DNA of 64,000 nucleotides, from NCBI GenBank assembly GCA_044229975.1, contig JBGARZ010000008.1, positions 256,001-320,000 on the forward strand, in the 5' to 3' direction. Both the position numbers and the translations under genes were made by a program. This document shows positions 48,126 to 58,431 of the stretch, piece after piece (the first letter of the stretch is position 1; each line of letters opens with the position of its first letter). The notes under the pieces were generated by a model, which made no database searches, had not been told where the DNA came from, and saw only the letters and a list, made by a program, of their open reading frames with translations. This DNA is from Polyangiales bacterium. GTDB lineage: Bacteria > Myxococcota_A > Polyangia > Polyangiales > Ga0077539.

Positions 48126-49405
48126 GCGACGCGCGCGGCTCGTTGTGGGAGCCCCTCACCCACCGCAACTTCCGCCTGCTCTGGGTGGGCTTCGTCACCT
48201 CGCAGGTGGGCGACATCATCCAGATGCTCGCGCAGGCCTGGCTCGTCGTAGAGCTCACCCACTCGGCCGCCCTCGTCGGCCGCCTCGCCGCCGTGCAGGC
48301 CGCGCCGCGACTCCTTCTCGGGCTCTTCGGCGGCGTGCTCGTCGACCGCGTCGATCGTCGTCGGCTGCTGCTCGCCACGCAGTCCCTCGCCGCGCTCCAG
48401 AGCGCCGCCTTCCTCGCGCTCTACCTCTCGCACCGCGTCACCTACAACGTACTGCTCGTGCTCGCGTTTGCCCTCGGCGTGCTCGACGCGCTCAACCTCA
48501 CGGCCCGCGCCGCGCTCATGCCCACGCTCGTCCCGCGGCCGATGATCCCGCGCGCCGTGGCGTTGCAGGCGCTCGGGGTCAACGTCACGCAGCTCCTCGG
48601 TCCGTCGCTCGGCGGCGTGCTGCTCGGGTGGGTTCACGTCGAGGGCTGCCTCGTGGCCAACCTCGTGTCCTTCAGCGCGCTCGTGCTGTCGCTGCTGGCG
48701 ATGAAGATCCCGCCGCGCGAGGTGATCGCGGGCCCGACGCCCTCGGTCGGTGACGCGCTGCGCGAGGGCGGGCGCTACCTGCGCGCCAACCCGGGGCTGC
48801 TGTGGTCCATCGCGCTCGCGTACCTCGTGGGGGTGTTTGGGATGCCGCTGGTGCGGCTGCTCCCGCTCTACGCCAAGGTGGTGCTCGCGACCTCGGGGCG
48901 CGGCTATGGGTTCCTCGCGGCGGCGTCGGGCGTGGGCGCGCTCGGGGCGAGCCTGCTGGTGACGGCGCGCTCGTCCGCCGAGCGGGTGCCGCGCAACATC
49001 GTGGTGTCGGGGGCGATCTTCTCGGCGGCCGTCGTGGCCTTCGCGCACACCCGCAACGTACCCATCGCCGCGGCGTGCCTGGTGGTGTTCGGCGGGTCGC
49101 AGATGGCGTTTCGATCGGCGGTGATGACACGCATCCAGACGGAGGTGCCGGACCAGTTGCGAGGGCGGGTGGTGTCGGTGCTCGCGATGGACTTCGCGCT
49201 CTGGTCGCTGGGGGCGGCGGTGTTGGGCGCGGCGGTGGATGCATATGCCCGCGAGCACGCGTCGCTGCCCGCGTCGGCGCCGCTGTCGGCTGTTCCGCGC
49301 GACGCGATGACGGCGGGGCTCAGCGCGGGGCTCACCGCCGCAGGGATCGTGTGCGCCGTGGCGACGCTGGCGTCGGCGCGAGGGGTGTTGCGACGCGAGG
49401 GGTAA
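48122..49405 (+). CDS. MFS transporter (MFS_3/DHA3-like)
   Basis: HRNFRLLW, GVLVDRVDRRRLL, ~12 TM segments, LRGRV. Confidence 0.92.
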   Translation: MSDARGSLWEPLTHRNFRLLWVGFVTSQVGDIIQMLAQAWLVVELTHSAALVGRLAAVQAAPRLLLGLFGGVLVDRVDRRRLLLATQSLAALQSAAFLALYLSHRVTYNVLLVLAFALGVLDALNLTARAALMPTLVPRPMIPRAVALQALGVNVTQLLGPSLGGVLLGWVHVEGCLVANLVSFSALVLSLLAMKIPPREVIAGPTPSVGDALREGGRYLRANPGLLWSIALAYLVGVFGMPLVRLLPLYAKVVLATSGRGYGFLAAASGVGALGASLLVTARSSAERVPRNIVVSGAIFSAAVVAFAHTRNVPIAAACLVVFGGSQMAFRSAVMTRIQTEVPDQLRGRVVSVLAMDFALWSLGAAVLGAAVDAYAREHASLPASAPLSAVPRDAMTAGLSAGLTAAGIVCAVATLASARGVLRREG

Positions 49406-49447
49406 GCGGCGGAGGCGTTGGGATGAGGGAGTGGGCCGAGGGAAATG

Positions 49448-49570
49448 GCCGCCAGGACGCAAGGGTCGCAAGGGAGTGATGGGATAGGCGTTCGAGCATT
49501 CGAGTGGTTCGCCCTTCGTCGGGCGGCGTCTCTTCCCGTTGTTCCCTTGCGACCCTCGCGTCCTGGCGGC
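49448..49570. repeat. 28-bp inverted repeat pair (REP-like)
   Basis: gccgccaggacgcaagggtcgcaaggga / tcccttgcgaccctcgcgtcctggcggc with 1 mismatch. Confidence 0.85.
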
Positions 49571-49646
49571 TTTCTCCCGCCGCGAACGCGGTCAATGCCA
49601 ATCCTCCCCGCACCGCTGTCCGGTTCGTCTGGTAGCGTGCGCGCCC

Positions 49647-50252
49647 ATGACGAAACCACGACTCACCTATTTCGACATGGCCGTCAGCCGCGGCGAGGAG
49701 TGCCGCCTCGCCTTCGTGATCGCGGGCGTCGACTTCGACGACCACCGCCTCTCGCGCGAGCAGTGGGCCGCGCTCAAGCCGAACACCCCCTTCGGCGCGG
49801 TGCCCGTGCTCGACGTCGAGGGGCATCCTCCGCTCGCGCAGTCCAACGCCATCCTCACGTACATCGGGCGGACGTACGGCGTGCACCCGAGCGATCCCAT
49901 GGAGGCCGCGCGGCACGAGGCCGTGCTGGCCCACGTCGAAGACCTCCGCGCGAGCGTGGCCGTGCCGCGCGGCGCCGACGAGGCGACCAAGAAGAGCGCG
50001 CGTGAGCAGATGGCCGCGACGACCATCCCGACGTGGGCGGGCTACGTCGAGAGGCAGATCGGCGACGGGCCGTTCTACGCGGGCGAGCGCCCGATGGTCG
50101 TCGACATCAAGCTCTACATGGGCATGCGATCGTTTCGCCGCGGCGTGATGGATCACATCCCGACGACGGTCTTCGACGGCTTCCCCAGGCTCATCCGACT
50201 CTACGACGCCGTCGAGGCTTGGGCGCCCGTCAAGGCGTGGATGAGCCGCTGA
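49647..50252 (+). CDS. Glutathione S-transferase (sigma-class-like N-terminus)
   Basis: LTYFD...RGEECRLA, TPFGAVPVL, AQSNAI. Confidence 0.9.
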   Translation: MTKPRLTYFDMAVSRGEECRLAFVIAGVDFDDHRLSREQWAALKPNTPFGAVPVLDVEGHPPLAQSNAILTYIGRTYGVHPSDPMEAARHEAVLAHVEDLRASVAVPRGADEATKKSAREQMAATTIPTWAGYVERQIGDGPFYAGERPMVVDIKLYMGMRSFRRGVMDHIPTTVFDGFPRLIRLYDAVEAWAPVKAWMSR

Positions 50253-50304
50253 CGAATCAGCCCCTCCGTTGACCCGTCGGCCGTCACGCGCCGATGATGG
50301 CCGT

Positions 50305-51480
50305 ATGAGCTCAGGCAACCACAACGGCTTCGGGGGGTTTCCGCAGCAGCCGCCGGGATGGGGCTTCGCACCGCCGCAACAGCCGCCGCCGCAGCAGTGG
50401 GGCGGCGGGTATCGCACCCCGACGAGCCCCATCGCGCCCAACGCCGACGAGACCTGGTTCGAGGTGGAGGTTCCCTTCGCGGGGGCCGCGGTGCCCAACC
50501 GCTGCGCGTGCTGCTGCGGGCCGCACGAGGTGCGTCGCACCGCCACCACCACCGTCACCGTCGGCCGAACGCACTACACCCGCCGCATGGACATCCCCTA
50601 CTGCCGCGCGTGCGACGCGACGGTGCGGGCGGGCGCGCGACGCGGGCTGTGGCTCGGGCTCATCGGGCTCGCGGTCGCGGCGGCCTTCCCCTTCGTGCTG
50701 GGCTTCGCGTGGGAGTACGCGCCGGCGCCGGTCACCTTCGTCGCCACACCGCTCGTCGCCCTCGCCGCGCTCTTCCTCCTGGGAACGCTCTGGAAGGAGA
50801 CCCCCATCGCCCGCGAGCGCAACGCCACGTCGGGCTCGCGCGACGCCGTGTGGATGCTGCCCTTCCACATCGGCTCCAACCCGACCCGCCTCGCCGGGAC
50901 CAACGAAGCCTGGATGCGCCAGCTCGCCGAGCTGCACCACGTCGCCGTCGCCCCACGTGGCAAGCGCCGCGCGACGGCCGCCCGCTACATCGTGGTGCCC
51001 ATCCTCGCGACGCTCGCGGCCATCCCCGCGTGGTTCTCGCTGCACGGCCACGTGTACTTCGACAACCCCACGCTCTCGCCGCTCACCTTCGACATCGACC
51101 ATGGCCTCGCCGAGATCACCGTCCCCGCCGGGGGCCACGACGACCTCTATCTCCCGTATGGGCGAACGGTCATCGACGTGATGTTCAACGGGCGCGCGTC
51201 CGACCGCATCACGGGCGAGGTCGAGCGCTTCGGCAAGCACGTCGCGACGCCCTTCGGGCGGGCCTGCTACGCCACCACGAGCAGGGCCTACGGCACCGCG
51301 ATGGTGCACGGTCCGAGCGCGGAGAGGGCCACGCCGGGCCTGCGCTGGTACACCCTCGACAACGTGCAGCACGTGCTCGAACCCCTGCCCCACAGCGTAT
51401 CCGTGGGCCGCGGGCAGAGCGGGGCCACGCGCCACGGCTTCGTGCGGGTCACCTGTCCGACCGCCTGGCCGATGCTCTGA
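50305..51480 (+). CDS. Membrane protein with CxxC/CxxC zinc-ribbon and PEGA-like C-terminal domain
   Basis: Pro/Gln-rich N-terminus, CACC...PYCRAC, three TM segments. Confidence 0.7.
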   Translation: MSSGNHNGFGGFPQQPPGWGFAPPQQPPPQQWGGGYRTPTSPIAPNADETWFEVEVPFAGAAVPNRCACCCGPHEVRRTATTTVTVGRTHYTRRMDIPYCRACDATVRAGARRGLWLGLIGLAVAAAFPFVLGFAWEYAPAPVTFVATPLVALAALFLLGTLWKETPIARERNATSGSRDAVWMLPFHIGSNPTRLAGTNEAWMRQLAELHHVAVAPRGKRRATAARYIVVPILATLAAIPAWFSLHGHVYFDNPTLSPLTFDIDHGLAEITVPAGGHDDLYLPYGRTVIDVMFNGRASDRITGEVERFGKHVATPFGRACYATTSRAYGTAMVHGPSAERATPGLRWYTLDNVQHVLEPLPHSVSVGRGQSGATRHGFVRVTCPTAWPML

Positions 51481-51525
51481 TCGCGGCGCGGCCGCAGACC
51501 TCACGCCCGTCGTCCACCCACAACG

Positions 51526-51612
51526 TCATCGAGCCACCGCGCGGGCGAGCGTCGACTTGCCCGAGCCGGAGGATCCGACCACCACCACGCGCGACAACAC
51601 CGACCGGCTCAC
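51526..51612 (-). pseudogene. Truncated P-loop kinase (adenylate kinase/topology-modulation-like) remnant
   Basis: VSRSVLSRVVVVGSSGSGKSTLARAVAR-stop; the GTG overlaps the upstream stop codon. Confidence 0.6.
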
Positions 51613-53828
51613 ATCCCGAGGCGCACGTCCTCGGTCAGGCCCACGGGGCCGACCGGGGCGGCACCGAGCGCGACGGACGTTCCGCCCGCGCCGCCCGCCG
51701 CGGGCGTGGTCGAGCGAGCGTAGCGGGGCATGTTCAACGTCGGCGCCGTGCCCACGTAGAGAACGCACACCGACGGGCCGCCCGCCCCGCCCGCCCCGCT
51801 GCCACCCGGACCGCCGCGACCGCCGATGGCGCCGTTGCCGCCGTTGCCCGAGTTCGAAGCGCCCATGCCGCCGCCACCGCCGCTGCCCGGAGCACCTGCG
51901 CCGCCGCCGTTGCCACCGCGACCGCCCACGCCGCCGGCGCCCGCCGTGAGGCTGCCGCCGTCGATGGTGACCATCGCGCCGACGCTCAGCACCGCGAAGC
52001 TCCCGCCGCCACCACCACCACCGCCACCCGCCGTCCCACCGCAGCCGCCTGCCCCGCCGCCGCCACCACCACCGCTACCGGTGCCGCAGCACATCAAGGT
52101 GCCGCAGGGGATCGAACCGCCACCACCGCTGCCGCCGCCGCCGCCGCCGCCGCCCGCGCGCCCGGGCGTGCCCACGCCACCACCCGGCGGAACATAGAGC
52201 CCCGTATCCGTCGCGAACGAGCCGACGTTGCTACCGGCGGTTCCGTTGGCGCCGTTGCCACCCGGGCTGCCAGCCGCCGCCGCACTCGCAGGCGCCGCGC
52301 TACCACCGTTGGTCACGACGCCCGCCACGCAGAGTCCCGCGCCGCCGCCGCCGCCCGCTGCGCCGCCCGCACCGCCGCCCGTCACCATCATCCCGGCGTT
52401 GCCCGACACGCCCGCGGCCTGGCCGAAGCGACCCGCTCCGCCTCCGCCTCCCGCACCCGCGCACGCCGAGGTACCCGCGGTGCCCGCCGCGCCGTTGGAC
52501 GACGTCGCCACGCCGCCCATCCCCCCGTTAGCCCCCGTCGCGCCCATCACGCCATCGGTGCCCGCCACGCCGACGGCGCCCGCGCCCGCGGTGATGGTGC
52601 ACGCCTGCAACGTCAGCCGACTGCTCCCGCCGCGCGCCCTCACGCCGTAGCTGCTCTCGCCCGGCGTCGTCGCCGCCGCCGACACGATGGTCAGCCGTTG
52701 CAGCACCGTCGCCCCCGCGAGCTCGTTCGCCACCACCGCCGTCGTCCCACCCTGGATCGTCGTCACGTTGCCCGCAGCGCGCGTCCAGTCCGACCCGTTG
52801 TAGCCGCCGTAGAGGCTCACCCCGGACGCGAGCGTGATCGTCTCCGCGTACGTGCCCGCAGCGATGTACACCGCGAAGCCCACACCCGCCGCCTGCGCCG
52901 CCGTGATGGCCGCCGCGATGGTGCGCTTGGGCTCTGCGCGCGTCCCAGGTGCCGCGTCGTTGCCGCCCTCCCGCACGAAGATCGCCCGCGCCGCGATGCC
53001 GTCGACACCGTCGCAGTTGGTGTCCATCCCGGTGAGGTCGGGCTCGTCGGGGTTGGTCCGGCAATCCACCATGCACGCGCCCGCGGTGCACACCATCCCG
53101 GCGCTGCAAGCCCGCCCGCACATGCCGCAGTTGCGCGCGTCGGTCTGGTAGTCGGGACCCTCGTGACCGCAGATGCGGGCGCCCGCGTCGCCGACGCCGC
53201 CGTCACCCGCCGCGCTCGCGGTGCAGCGGTCGACGGTGCACGGGTCCATGTCGTCGCAGTCGAAGGCGGGCGCTCGCTCGCACTGGTTGCGCGTCGTGTT
53301 GCAGCGCCAGGCGCCCGTGCAGATGTCGCCGCCCATGCTCGCGCACGCGCTGTCGTCGGACGCCGAACACTGCACCGGCGCCACGCAGCCGCCCGTGCAG
53401 GCGCCGCCGCCCGACGGGCAGTCGACCACGCACATCTGCCCGCCCGTGCACATCGAGCTGGTCGCCACGTGATCACAGCCGCCGCGGGTCGTGTTGCAGG
53501 TGTCCACCGTGCACTCGATGCCGTCGTCGCAGTTCGCGCGGGCGTGCGTCTCCTCGCAGAAGCCCATCCGGCAGACCTGTGCGTTGATGCAGAAGTCCGA
53601 CGCCGTGCACTGGTCGTCGCGATCACAGCGCCGCCGCGGAACGTCCGCCGGCACGTCGCCCTGCACGTCGACCGCACCCACGTCGGCGGGGCGATCGACG
53701 GCGGTGTCACCGAGGTCGGTGCGCGGGCCGGTGTCCGCCGGACCGCCGTCGGCGTTGCCGTCGATGCGCGCCCAGGGGACGCAACCCACCGCGAGACAGA
53801 GTGCCACCACCGACAGACGTGCAGACAT
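51609..53828 (-). CDS. Cys-rich/Gly-rich surface lipoprotein with DUF1565-like beta-helix
   Basis: Lipobox AVGC, CDDGxxCTVD repeats, DxNCDGVDG, GNDAAPGT..PKRTI, poly-Gly C-terminus. Confidence 0.82.
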   Translation of the reverse strand: MSARLSVVALCLAVGCVPWARIDGNADGGPADTGPRTDLGDTAVDRPADVGAVDVQGDVPADVPRRRCDRDDQCTASDFCINAQVCRMGFCEETHARANCDDGIECTVDTCNTTRGGCDHVATSSMCTGGQMCVVDCPSGGGACTGGCVAPVQCSASDDSACASMGGDICTGAWRCNTTRNQCERAPAFDCDDMDPCTVDRCTASAAGDGGVGDAGARICGHEGPDYQTDARNCGMCGRACSAGMVCTAGACMVDCRTNPDEPDLTGMDTNCDGVDGIAARAIFVREGGNDAAPGTRAEPKRTIAAAITAAQAAGVGFAVYIAAGTYAETITLASGVSLYGGYNGSDWTRAAGNVTTIQGGTTAVVANELAGATVLQRLTIVSAAATTPGESSYGVRARGGSSRLTLQACTITAGAGAVGVAGTDGVMGATGANGGMGGVATSSNGAAGTAGTSACAGAGGGGGAGRFGQAAGVSGNAGMMVTGGGAGGAAGGGGGAGLCVAGVVTNGGSAAPASAAAAGSPGGNGANGTAGSNVGSFATDTGLYVPPGGGVGTPGRAGGGGGGGGSGGGGSIPCGTLMCCGTGSGGGGGGGAGGCGGTAGGGGGGGGGSFAVLSVGAMVTIDGGSLTAGAGGVGGRGGNGGGAGAPGSGGGGGMGASNSGNGGNGAIGGRGGPGGSGAGGAGGPSVCVLYVGTAPTLNMPRYARSTTPAAGGAGGTSVALGAAPVGPVGLTEDVRLGM

Positions 53829-53969
53829 CGTCGCAGACCATAGCGCCATTGCCCGCGCGCGGAACCCTCCGATCAACAGCGTCGTGCGCTGCGTTCACGC
53901 CCCTACACCGAGGCGCGAGGTCCTCGTTGCGTCGTGCGACCGTCCCGCGGCAGCATCGCCGCGCACCCG

Positions 53970-54200
53970 ATGACCGACCCACGCGCCCTCACCGCCGACC
54001 AGGCCTGGCTGCTCAAGCTCGCACGCACGCGCATGCCCTACGGGCGCCACCAGGGGATGCTGCTCGTCGAGCTCCCGGAGCCGTACATGGTGTGGATGGC
54101 GCGGCAGGGCTTCGACGACACCGAGCTCGGTCGGATGCTCGCCATCGTCCACGAGGTGAAGGTCAACGGGCTGGAGTATCTGTTCGAGAAGATCCGCTGA
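53970..54200 (+). CDS. DUF3820 family small protein
   Basis: MPYGRH.G..L.ELPEPY..W...GF...LG......E.K.NGLE.L. Confidence 0.88.
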   Translation: MTDPRALTADQAWLLKLARTRMPYGRHQGMLLVELPEPYMVWMARQGFDDTELGRMLAIVHEVKVNGLEYLFEKIR

Positions 54201-54375
54201 GCCCACGCCGACGCCCACACCGCCAGCGCCGCCACCACGGCTCGCAGCCTGATCGTCATCGCGCGCTCCTCGCCGCCTGCCGCCGAGACCGCGGCGACCG
54301 TATCGTCGCGGCTCCCGCAACGTCAACGCCGCGCTCGACCGCGCCGCCGCACCCGCGGTACTCCTCGCGCCCGTC

Positions 54376-55323
54376 GTGAGCACGCGTTCGTTTCCCCCGC
54401 GCGAGCGGCGCATCCGCACCGAAGACGGCGACGAGATCATCGTGCGTGGCGACCGGGTGCGCCTCACGGGCAACCTGTACCACCTGTTTCTGCGCGCCTC
54501 GTGGCCGGTCGCGCTCGGCATCATCGTCGCCGCCTTCCTCGCGATGAACCTCGTCTTCGCCCTCGCGTACGTGGTCGTCGGCGGCGTCGAGGGCGCGCGG
54601 CCCGGCAGCCTCTTCGACGCCTACGCCTTCAGCATCGAGACCATGGCCACCATCGGGTACGGCGAGATGCACCCGGCGTCCGTGGGATCGCACCTCCTGG
54701 TGATGATCGAGGCCGTCGTGGGGCTGCTGGTGACGGCGGTGGTGACGGGGATGGCGTTCGCGAAGTTCTCGCAGCCGACGGCGCGCATCATGTTCAGCGC
54801 GCGGGCGGTGATCGGGCCCATCAACGGCGTCCCGACGCTGTCGTTTCGCGTCGGCAACGAGCGCAACAACCGCATCCTGGAGGCGACCGTGCGCGTGGTG
54901 ATGGTGCGCACCGAGCGCAGCGCCGAGGGCGAGACCTTCTACCGCATGCACGACCTCCCACTCGTGCGCGAGCGCTCCCCCGCCCTCTCCCGCTCCTGGA
55001 ACGCCATGCACGTCATCGACGCCACCAGCCTGCTGCACGGATGCACCCCGGAGTCGTTCACCCGCGACGAGGTCGAGCTGCTGGTCACCGTGGTCGGCAC
55101 CGACGACACGTCGCTCCAGCCCGTGCACGCCCGCAAGCGCTACCTCGACGGCGAGATCACCTGGGGCGCCCGCCTGGCCGACATGCTGGAGCTGCGCCCC
55201 GACGGCAGCTTCGTGCTCGACCTGGAGCGCTTCCACGAGATCGCCCCCACGCGCCCCACCGAGACCTTTCCGTACCCAATGAAGTCCGTGTCCGATGGTT
55301 CTTCGGACGAGGAACGCCCATGA
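54376..55323 (+). CDS. KirBac-type inward-rectifier potassium channel
   Basis: Filter TIGYG, FAKFSQP, FSARAVI, NERNNRI, WNAMHVID. Confidence 0.93.
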   Translation: MSTRSFPPRERRIRTEDGDEIIVRGDRVRLTGNLYHLFLRASWPVALGIIVAAFLAMNLVFALAYVVVGGVEGARPGSLFDAYAFSIETMATIGYGEMHPASVGSHLLVMIEAVVGLLVTAVVTGMAFAKFSQPTARIMFSARAVIGPINGVPTLSFRVGNERNNRILEATVRVVMVRTERSAEGETFYRMHDLPLVRERSPALSRSWNAMHVIDATSLLHGCTPESFTRDEVELLVTVVGTDDTSLQPVHARKRYLDGEITWGARLADMLELRPDGSFVLDLERFHEIAPTRPTETFPYPMKSVSDGSSDEERP

Positions 55324-55979
55324 CCATCACCCGCCCATCGACCCTGCTGGTCCTCACCACGCTGTTGTCTCTCGGCGCCTGCGGCCGACGCTCCGGCGGC
55401 CCTCCCGCGATCGAACCCACCACGCGACCCGTCGTGGCGGTGGATGTTCCCGCGGCAGTCGATGTCCCCGTCGCGGTGGATGTTCCCGTCGCGGCGGATG
55501 CTCCCGTCGCGGTTGACGTGCCTGCGGTCCCCGACGAGGGCGCGCTCAACGAGCGGTTGCTGCGCGGCCTCGCCGACGGGAGCATCCCGCTGACGGCGAG
55601 CGTCGACCCGGCGCGGGGCGTGGTGTTGGTGAGCTACATCGAAGCGGGCCCCAACGGCGGCCGCGAGCGGCACACGACGCAGCGGCTGTGTGGGGCTGCG
55701 GCGACCAACGCGGCGCTGCGGCAACGGTTGCAGGCGCTGGTGACGCAGGCGCGGGAGATGGAAGGGCCGCAGTGCGACGCGGAGTCGTGCGCGGCGCGGG
55801 GCATGGAGTACCAGCCGACGCTGCGGGCGTACTTCGCGCAGAGGCCCGACGGGTCGCGGGTGCTCGTCGCAGCCGTCGAGGTGAGCGAGGCGCTCCTGGG
55901 CGACGAGTGGATCACGCGGACGCGGGCCTACGTCGACGCGAGCCTCGCGCGAGCACGGTCGACCCGCTGCCCACGGTAA
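55320..55979 (+). CDS. Hypothetical lipoprotein
   Basis: Lipobox LGAC, VDVP linker; ATGA overlap with the channel gene. Confidence 0.7.
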   Translation: MTITRPSTLLVLTTLLSLGACGRRSGGPPAIEPTTRPVVAVDVPAAVDVPVAVDVPVAADAPVAVDVPAVPDEGALNERLLRGLADGSIPLTASVDPARGVVLVSYIEAGPNGGRERHTTQRLCGAAATNAALRQRLQALVTQAREMEGPQCDAESCAARGMEYQPTLRAYFAQRPDGSRVLVAAVEVSEALLGDEWITRTRAYVDASLARARSTRCPR

Positions 55980-55982
55980 CCG

Positions 55983-58211
55983 CTAGGGCGCGGTAATGGT
56001 GAGGTCGTAGGCCGGGTTGTACATGGTGCCGTTGTACTGGCAGTCCACGAACACGTAGTAGGTCGTTCCCGCGGTGACGGTGAGGGAGACGTTTTCGGTG
56101 GGCCACGAGCCTGCCTGCGAGTCGCACGCGACCTGACTGCCGGTGTCGCAGGAGGTCTGGCGGACGTAGAGCGTCGCGGGCCAGAAGTCGCCCGTCAGAC
56201 GCACCGTCGCGGTGCCAGAGCGTGATGGTGTCCAACGCCAGATGCGCTCGACGCCGCGGCTGTTGGAGCTCGCCCCGCAGGTGGCCGAGTGGGTGCCGGC
56301 GCCGTTCATGTTGCCGGTGAAGCGCCCGCCCGCGGGGGCCGCGACGTACGGCAGCCCGCAGGTTCCGTTGCCGCAGCCCTCGTCGACCGCGCCGTCGCAG
56401 TCGTCGTCCATGTTGTTGCACGCCTCGGCGGCAACGTTGGCGACGCAGCTCCCGTTGCCGCAGCGGTTGTACCCGGCGCTGCACTGGAGCCCGCACGTGC
56501 CCGCCGAGCAGGTCGCGGTCGCGCTGCCACCACTCGGGCAGACGTTGCCGCAGCGCCCGCAGTTGGTGGTCGACGAGAGGGCCGTCTCGCAGCCGTTGCT
56601 CGCGGCGCTGTCGCAGTCGCCGAAGCCGTCCGCGCAGCGCGATCCGCACGCGCCCGCCGTGCAGGTGGCCGTCGCATTGGAGCCGGCGGTGCAAGCGTTT
56701 CCGCAGCGCCCGCAGTGGCTCACCGAACCGCGGGTGTCGACCTCGCAGCCATCCGACGCGACGCCATTGCAGTCGGCGAACCCGGCCGCGCAGGTGAACG
56801 CGCAGACGCCCGCGGCGCACGAAGCCGCGGTCGCGTTGGCGGGCACCGGGCACGCCGACGCGGCGCCGTAGCCGAGCCCATCGGAGCGGCAGGTCTCGAC
56901 CGACGAGGCGCCCGAGCAGCGGCGCGCGCCGGGCGAACAGATCCAGCCGGAGCACATGCCGCCGGTGCACGAGGAGCCCACCGCGCACGCGACCGGAGAG
57001 CTGCCACTGCCGTCGGCGGCGCAGACGTTCATGGTCGCGAGGTCGCGGCAGGTCGAGCTCCCAGGCGTGCACGCCCACGCGCGGCAGGCGCCATCACGGC
57101 ACGACTGCCCGCTCTCGCAGGGGCGCGTCGTGTAGCCCTGACCGTCGGCCGAGCACACACGCGAGGCCGTGCCCGAGGCGCACTCCACGGCGCCGGGAGT
57201 GCACGTCCACGGAACACACGCGCCCATGACGCACCCCGCCCGCTCGCCACAGGAGACGTTGGTGGTCGCGAGGCCGTCGGCGCCGCAGACCCGGCGCACC
57301 CTGGCGTCGACGCAGGTCGACGCGCCGGGCGAGCACACACGCGTCACGCAGGCGCCATCGCGGCACGAGCGATCGGCGGGACACGCGGTGGTGGTGGAGC
57401 CGAGGCCGTCGTCGTTGCACACGGCCACGCCCGTCGCTCCCTCGCAGCGCATCGCGCCGGGGGTGCAGGTGCGCGACACGCAGCGACCGGCGGAGCACGA
57501 CTCGCTGGCGCCGCAGGTCTGCTCGACCCACGCGCTGCCGCGGGCGTCGCAGCGGCGAGCGCGGCGGGCGTCGAGGCACTCGATGGCGGCGGGCGTACAC
57601 ACGCGCGGTCGGCAGATGGCGCCCGCGGTGCAGTAGAGCCCGTCGGCGCAGTCGACGTCGGAGGCGCACTCGACGCACTGCCCGCGGGCGGTGTCGCAGA
57701 CCAGCATCAGGTCGCTGCACTCGCGCGACGAGCGGCAGGTGCGCGGCGGAGGGACGCAGGCGTTGGAGCGGCAGACGGTTCCGTCGGCGCAGTCGGGGTC
57801 GGCGTTGCAGTCGACGCAGAAGCCGCGGGTCGGGTCGCAGACCTGGCCGGGGCACATGCGCGACGTGGTGCAGGTGACGGCGGGGACGCAGCGGCTCCCC
57901 CTGCACGAGCGCCCGCTGCCGCCACAGTCGTCGGGCGAGACGCACTCGACGCAGCGCCCGCGAACGCGGTCGCACACGTTGCCCGCCGCGCGACAGGGCG
58001 TGTCGTCGACACAGGTCGTGGTGCCGATGTCACCGATGGAGGGGACGTCGGAGAGCTCACGATCGAGCGCGGGAGTCGCGTCGCTGGCGACGTCAACGGA
58101 TGCGTCGACCGGAGGCACGTCGGACCCGGAGCTCGGCGGGAGAACCACCGCGGGTGTGCACGCTGCGAGCAGGACGAAGAGGAGGGCGAGGCGGGTGGAC
58201 GGGGCCGACAT
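55983..58211 (-). CDS. Large Cys-rich repeat lipoprotein (myxobacterial adhesin-like; MopE-type repeat, PPC-like C-terminus)
   Basis: Lipobox LAAC; CTPG...C..DG repeats; DC.....NGCE; EACNNMDDDCDGAVDEG. Confidence 0.85.
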   Translation of the reverse strand: MSAPSTRLALLFVLLAACTPAVVLPPSSGSDVPPVDASVDVASDATPALDRELSDVPSIGDIGTTTCVDDTPCRAAGNVCDRVRGRCVECVSPDDCGGSGRSCRGSRCVPAVTCTTSRMCPGQVCDPTRGFCVDCNADPDCADGTVCRSNACVPPPRTCRSSRECSDLMLVCDTARGQCVECASDVDCADGLYCTAGAICRPRVCTPAAIECLDARRARRCDARGSAWVEQTCGASESCSAGRCVSRTCTPGAMRCEGATGVAVCNDDGLGSTTTACPADRSCRDGACVTRVCSPGASTCVDARVRRVCGADGLATTNVSCGERAGCVMGACVPWTCTPGAVECASGTASRVCSADGQGYTTRPCESGQSCRDGACRAWACTPGSSTCRDLATMNVCAADGSGSSPVACAVGSSCTGGMCSGWICSPGARRCSGASSVETCRSDGLGYGAASACPVPANATAASCAAGVCAFTCAAGFADCNGVASDGCEVDTRGSVSHCGRCGNACTAGSNATATCTAGACGSRCADGFGDCDSAASNGCETALSSTTNCGRCGNVCPSGGSATATCSAGTCGLQCSAGYNRCGNGSCVANVAAEACNNMDDDCDGAVDEGCGNGTCGLPYVAAPAGGRFTGNMNGAGTHSATCGASSNSRGVERIWRWTPSRSGTATVRLTGDFWPATLYVRQTSCDTGSQVACDSQAGSWPTENVSLTVTAGTTYYVFVDCQYNGTMYNPAYDLTITAP

Positions 58212-58395
58212 GGCGCCGGAGTACAACAGCGCGGGGGGCGTGTCTCTTGGCGCCCGGGTGGGCGTCACGTCTCCTTGCAACGCGGGCGGGTCGACCGGCA
58301 CCCCAAAGGTCACAGAGCACCAACGATCGAAAATGGCCTTCAAGCATCAATTGTCTTTACGGACATCCGTGTCTGGAGTACACAGGTCCATCGTC

Positions 58396-58431
58396 ATGTC
58401 TGCCTGTCTTCACCATCCGCATCGTTATTGA
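58396..58431 (+). other. Possible leader peptide MSACLHHPHRY ending TAT-TGA-C
   Basis: CAGGT 8 nt upstream; codons unusual for this GC-rich genome; followed by hairpin tcgggc-tcgcg-gcccga and then the tRNA. Confidence 0.3.

Noticed and set aside
47693..49405. 570-aa extended MFS ORF
   Set aside because: The N-terminal 143 codons overlap the YcaQ gene; the true start is the coupled GTG at 48122.
51609..52600. PE-PGRS protein / mycobacterial transfer
   Set aside because: Gly-rich low complexity only; no PE domain, and the architecture is a typical myxobacterial lipoprotein.
50358..53843. 1161-aa plus-strand ORF
   Set aside because: Arg/Ala-rich off-frame and antisense shadow with no recognisable motifs.
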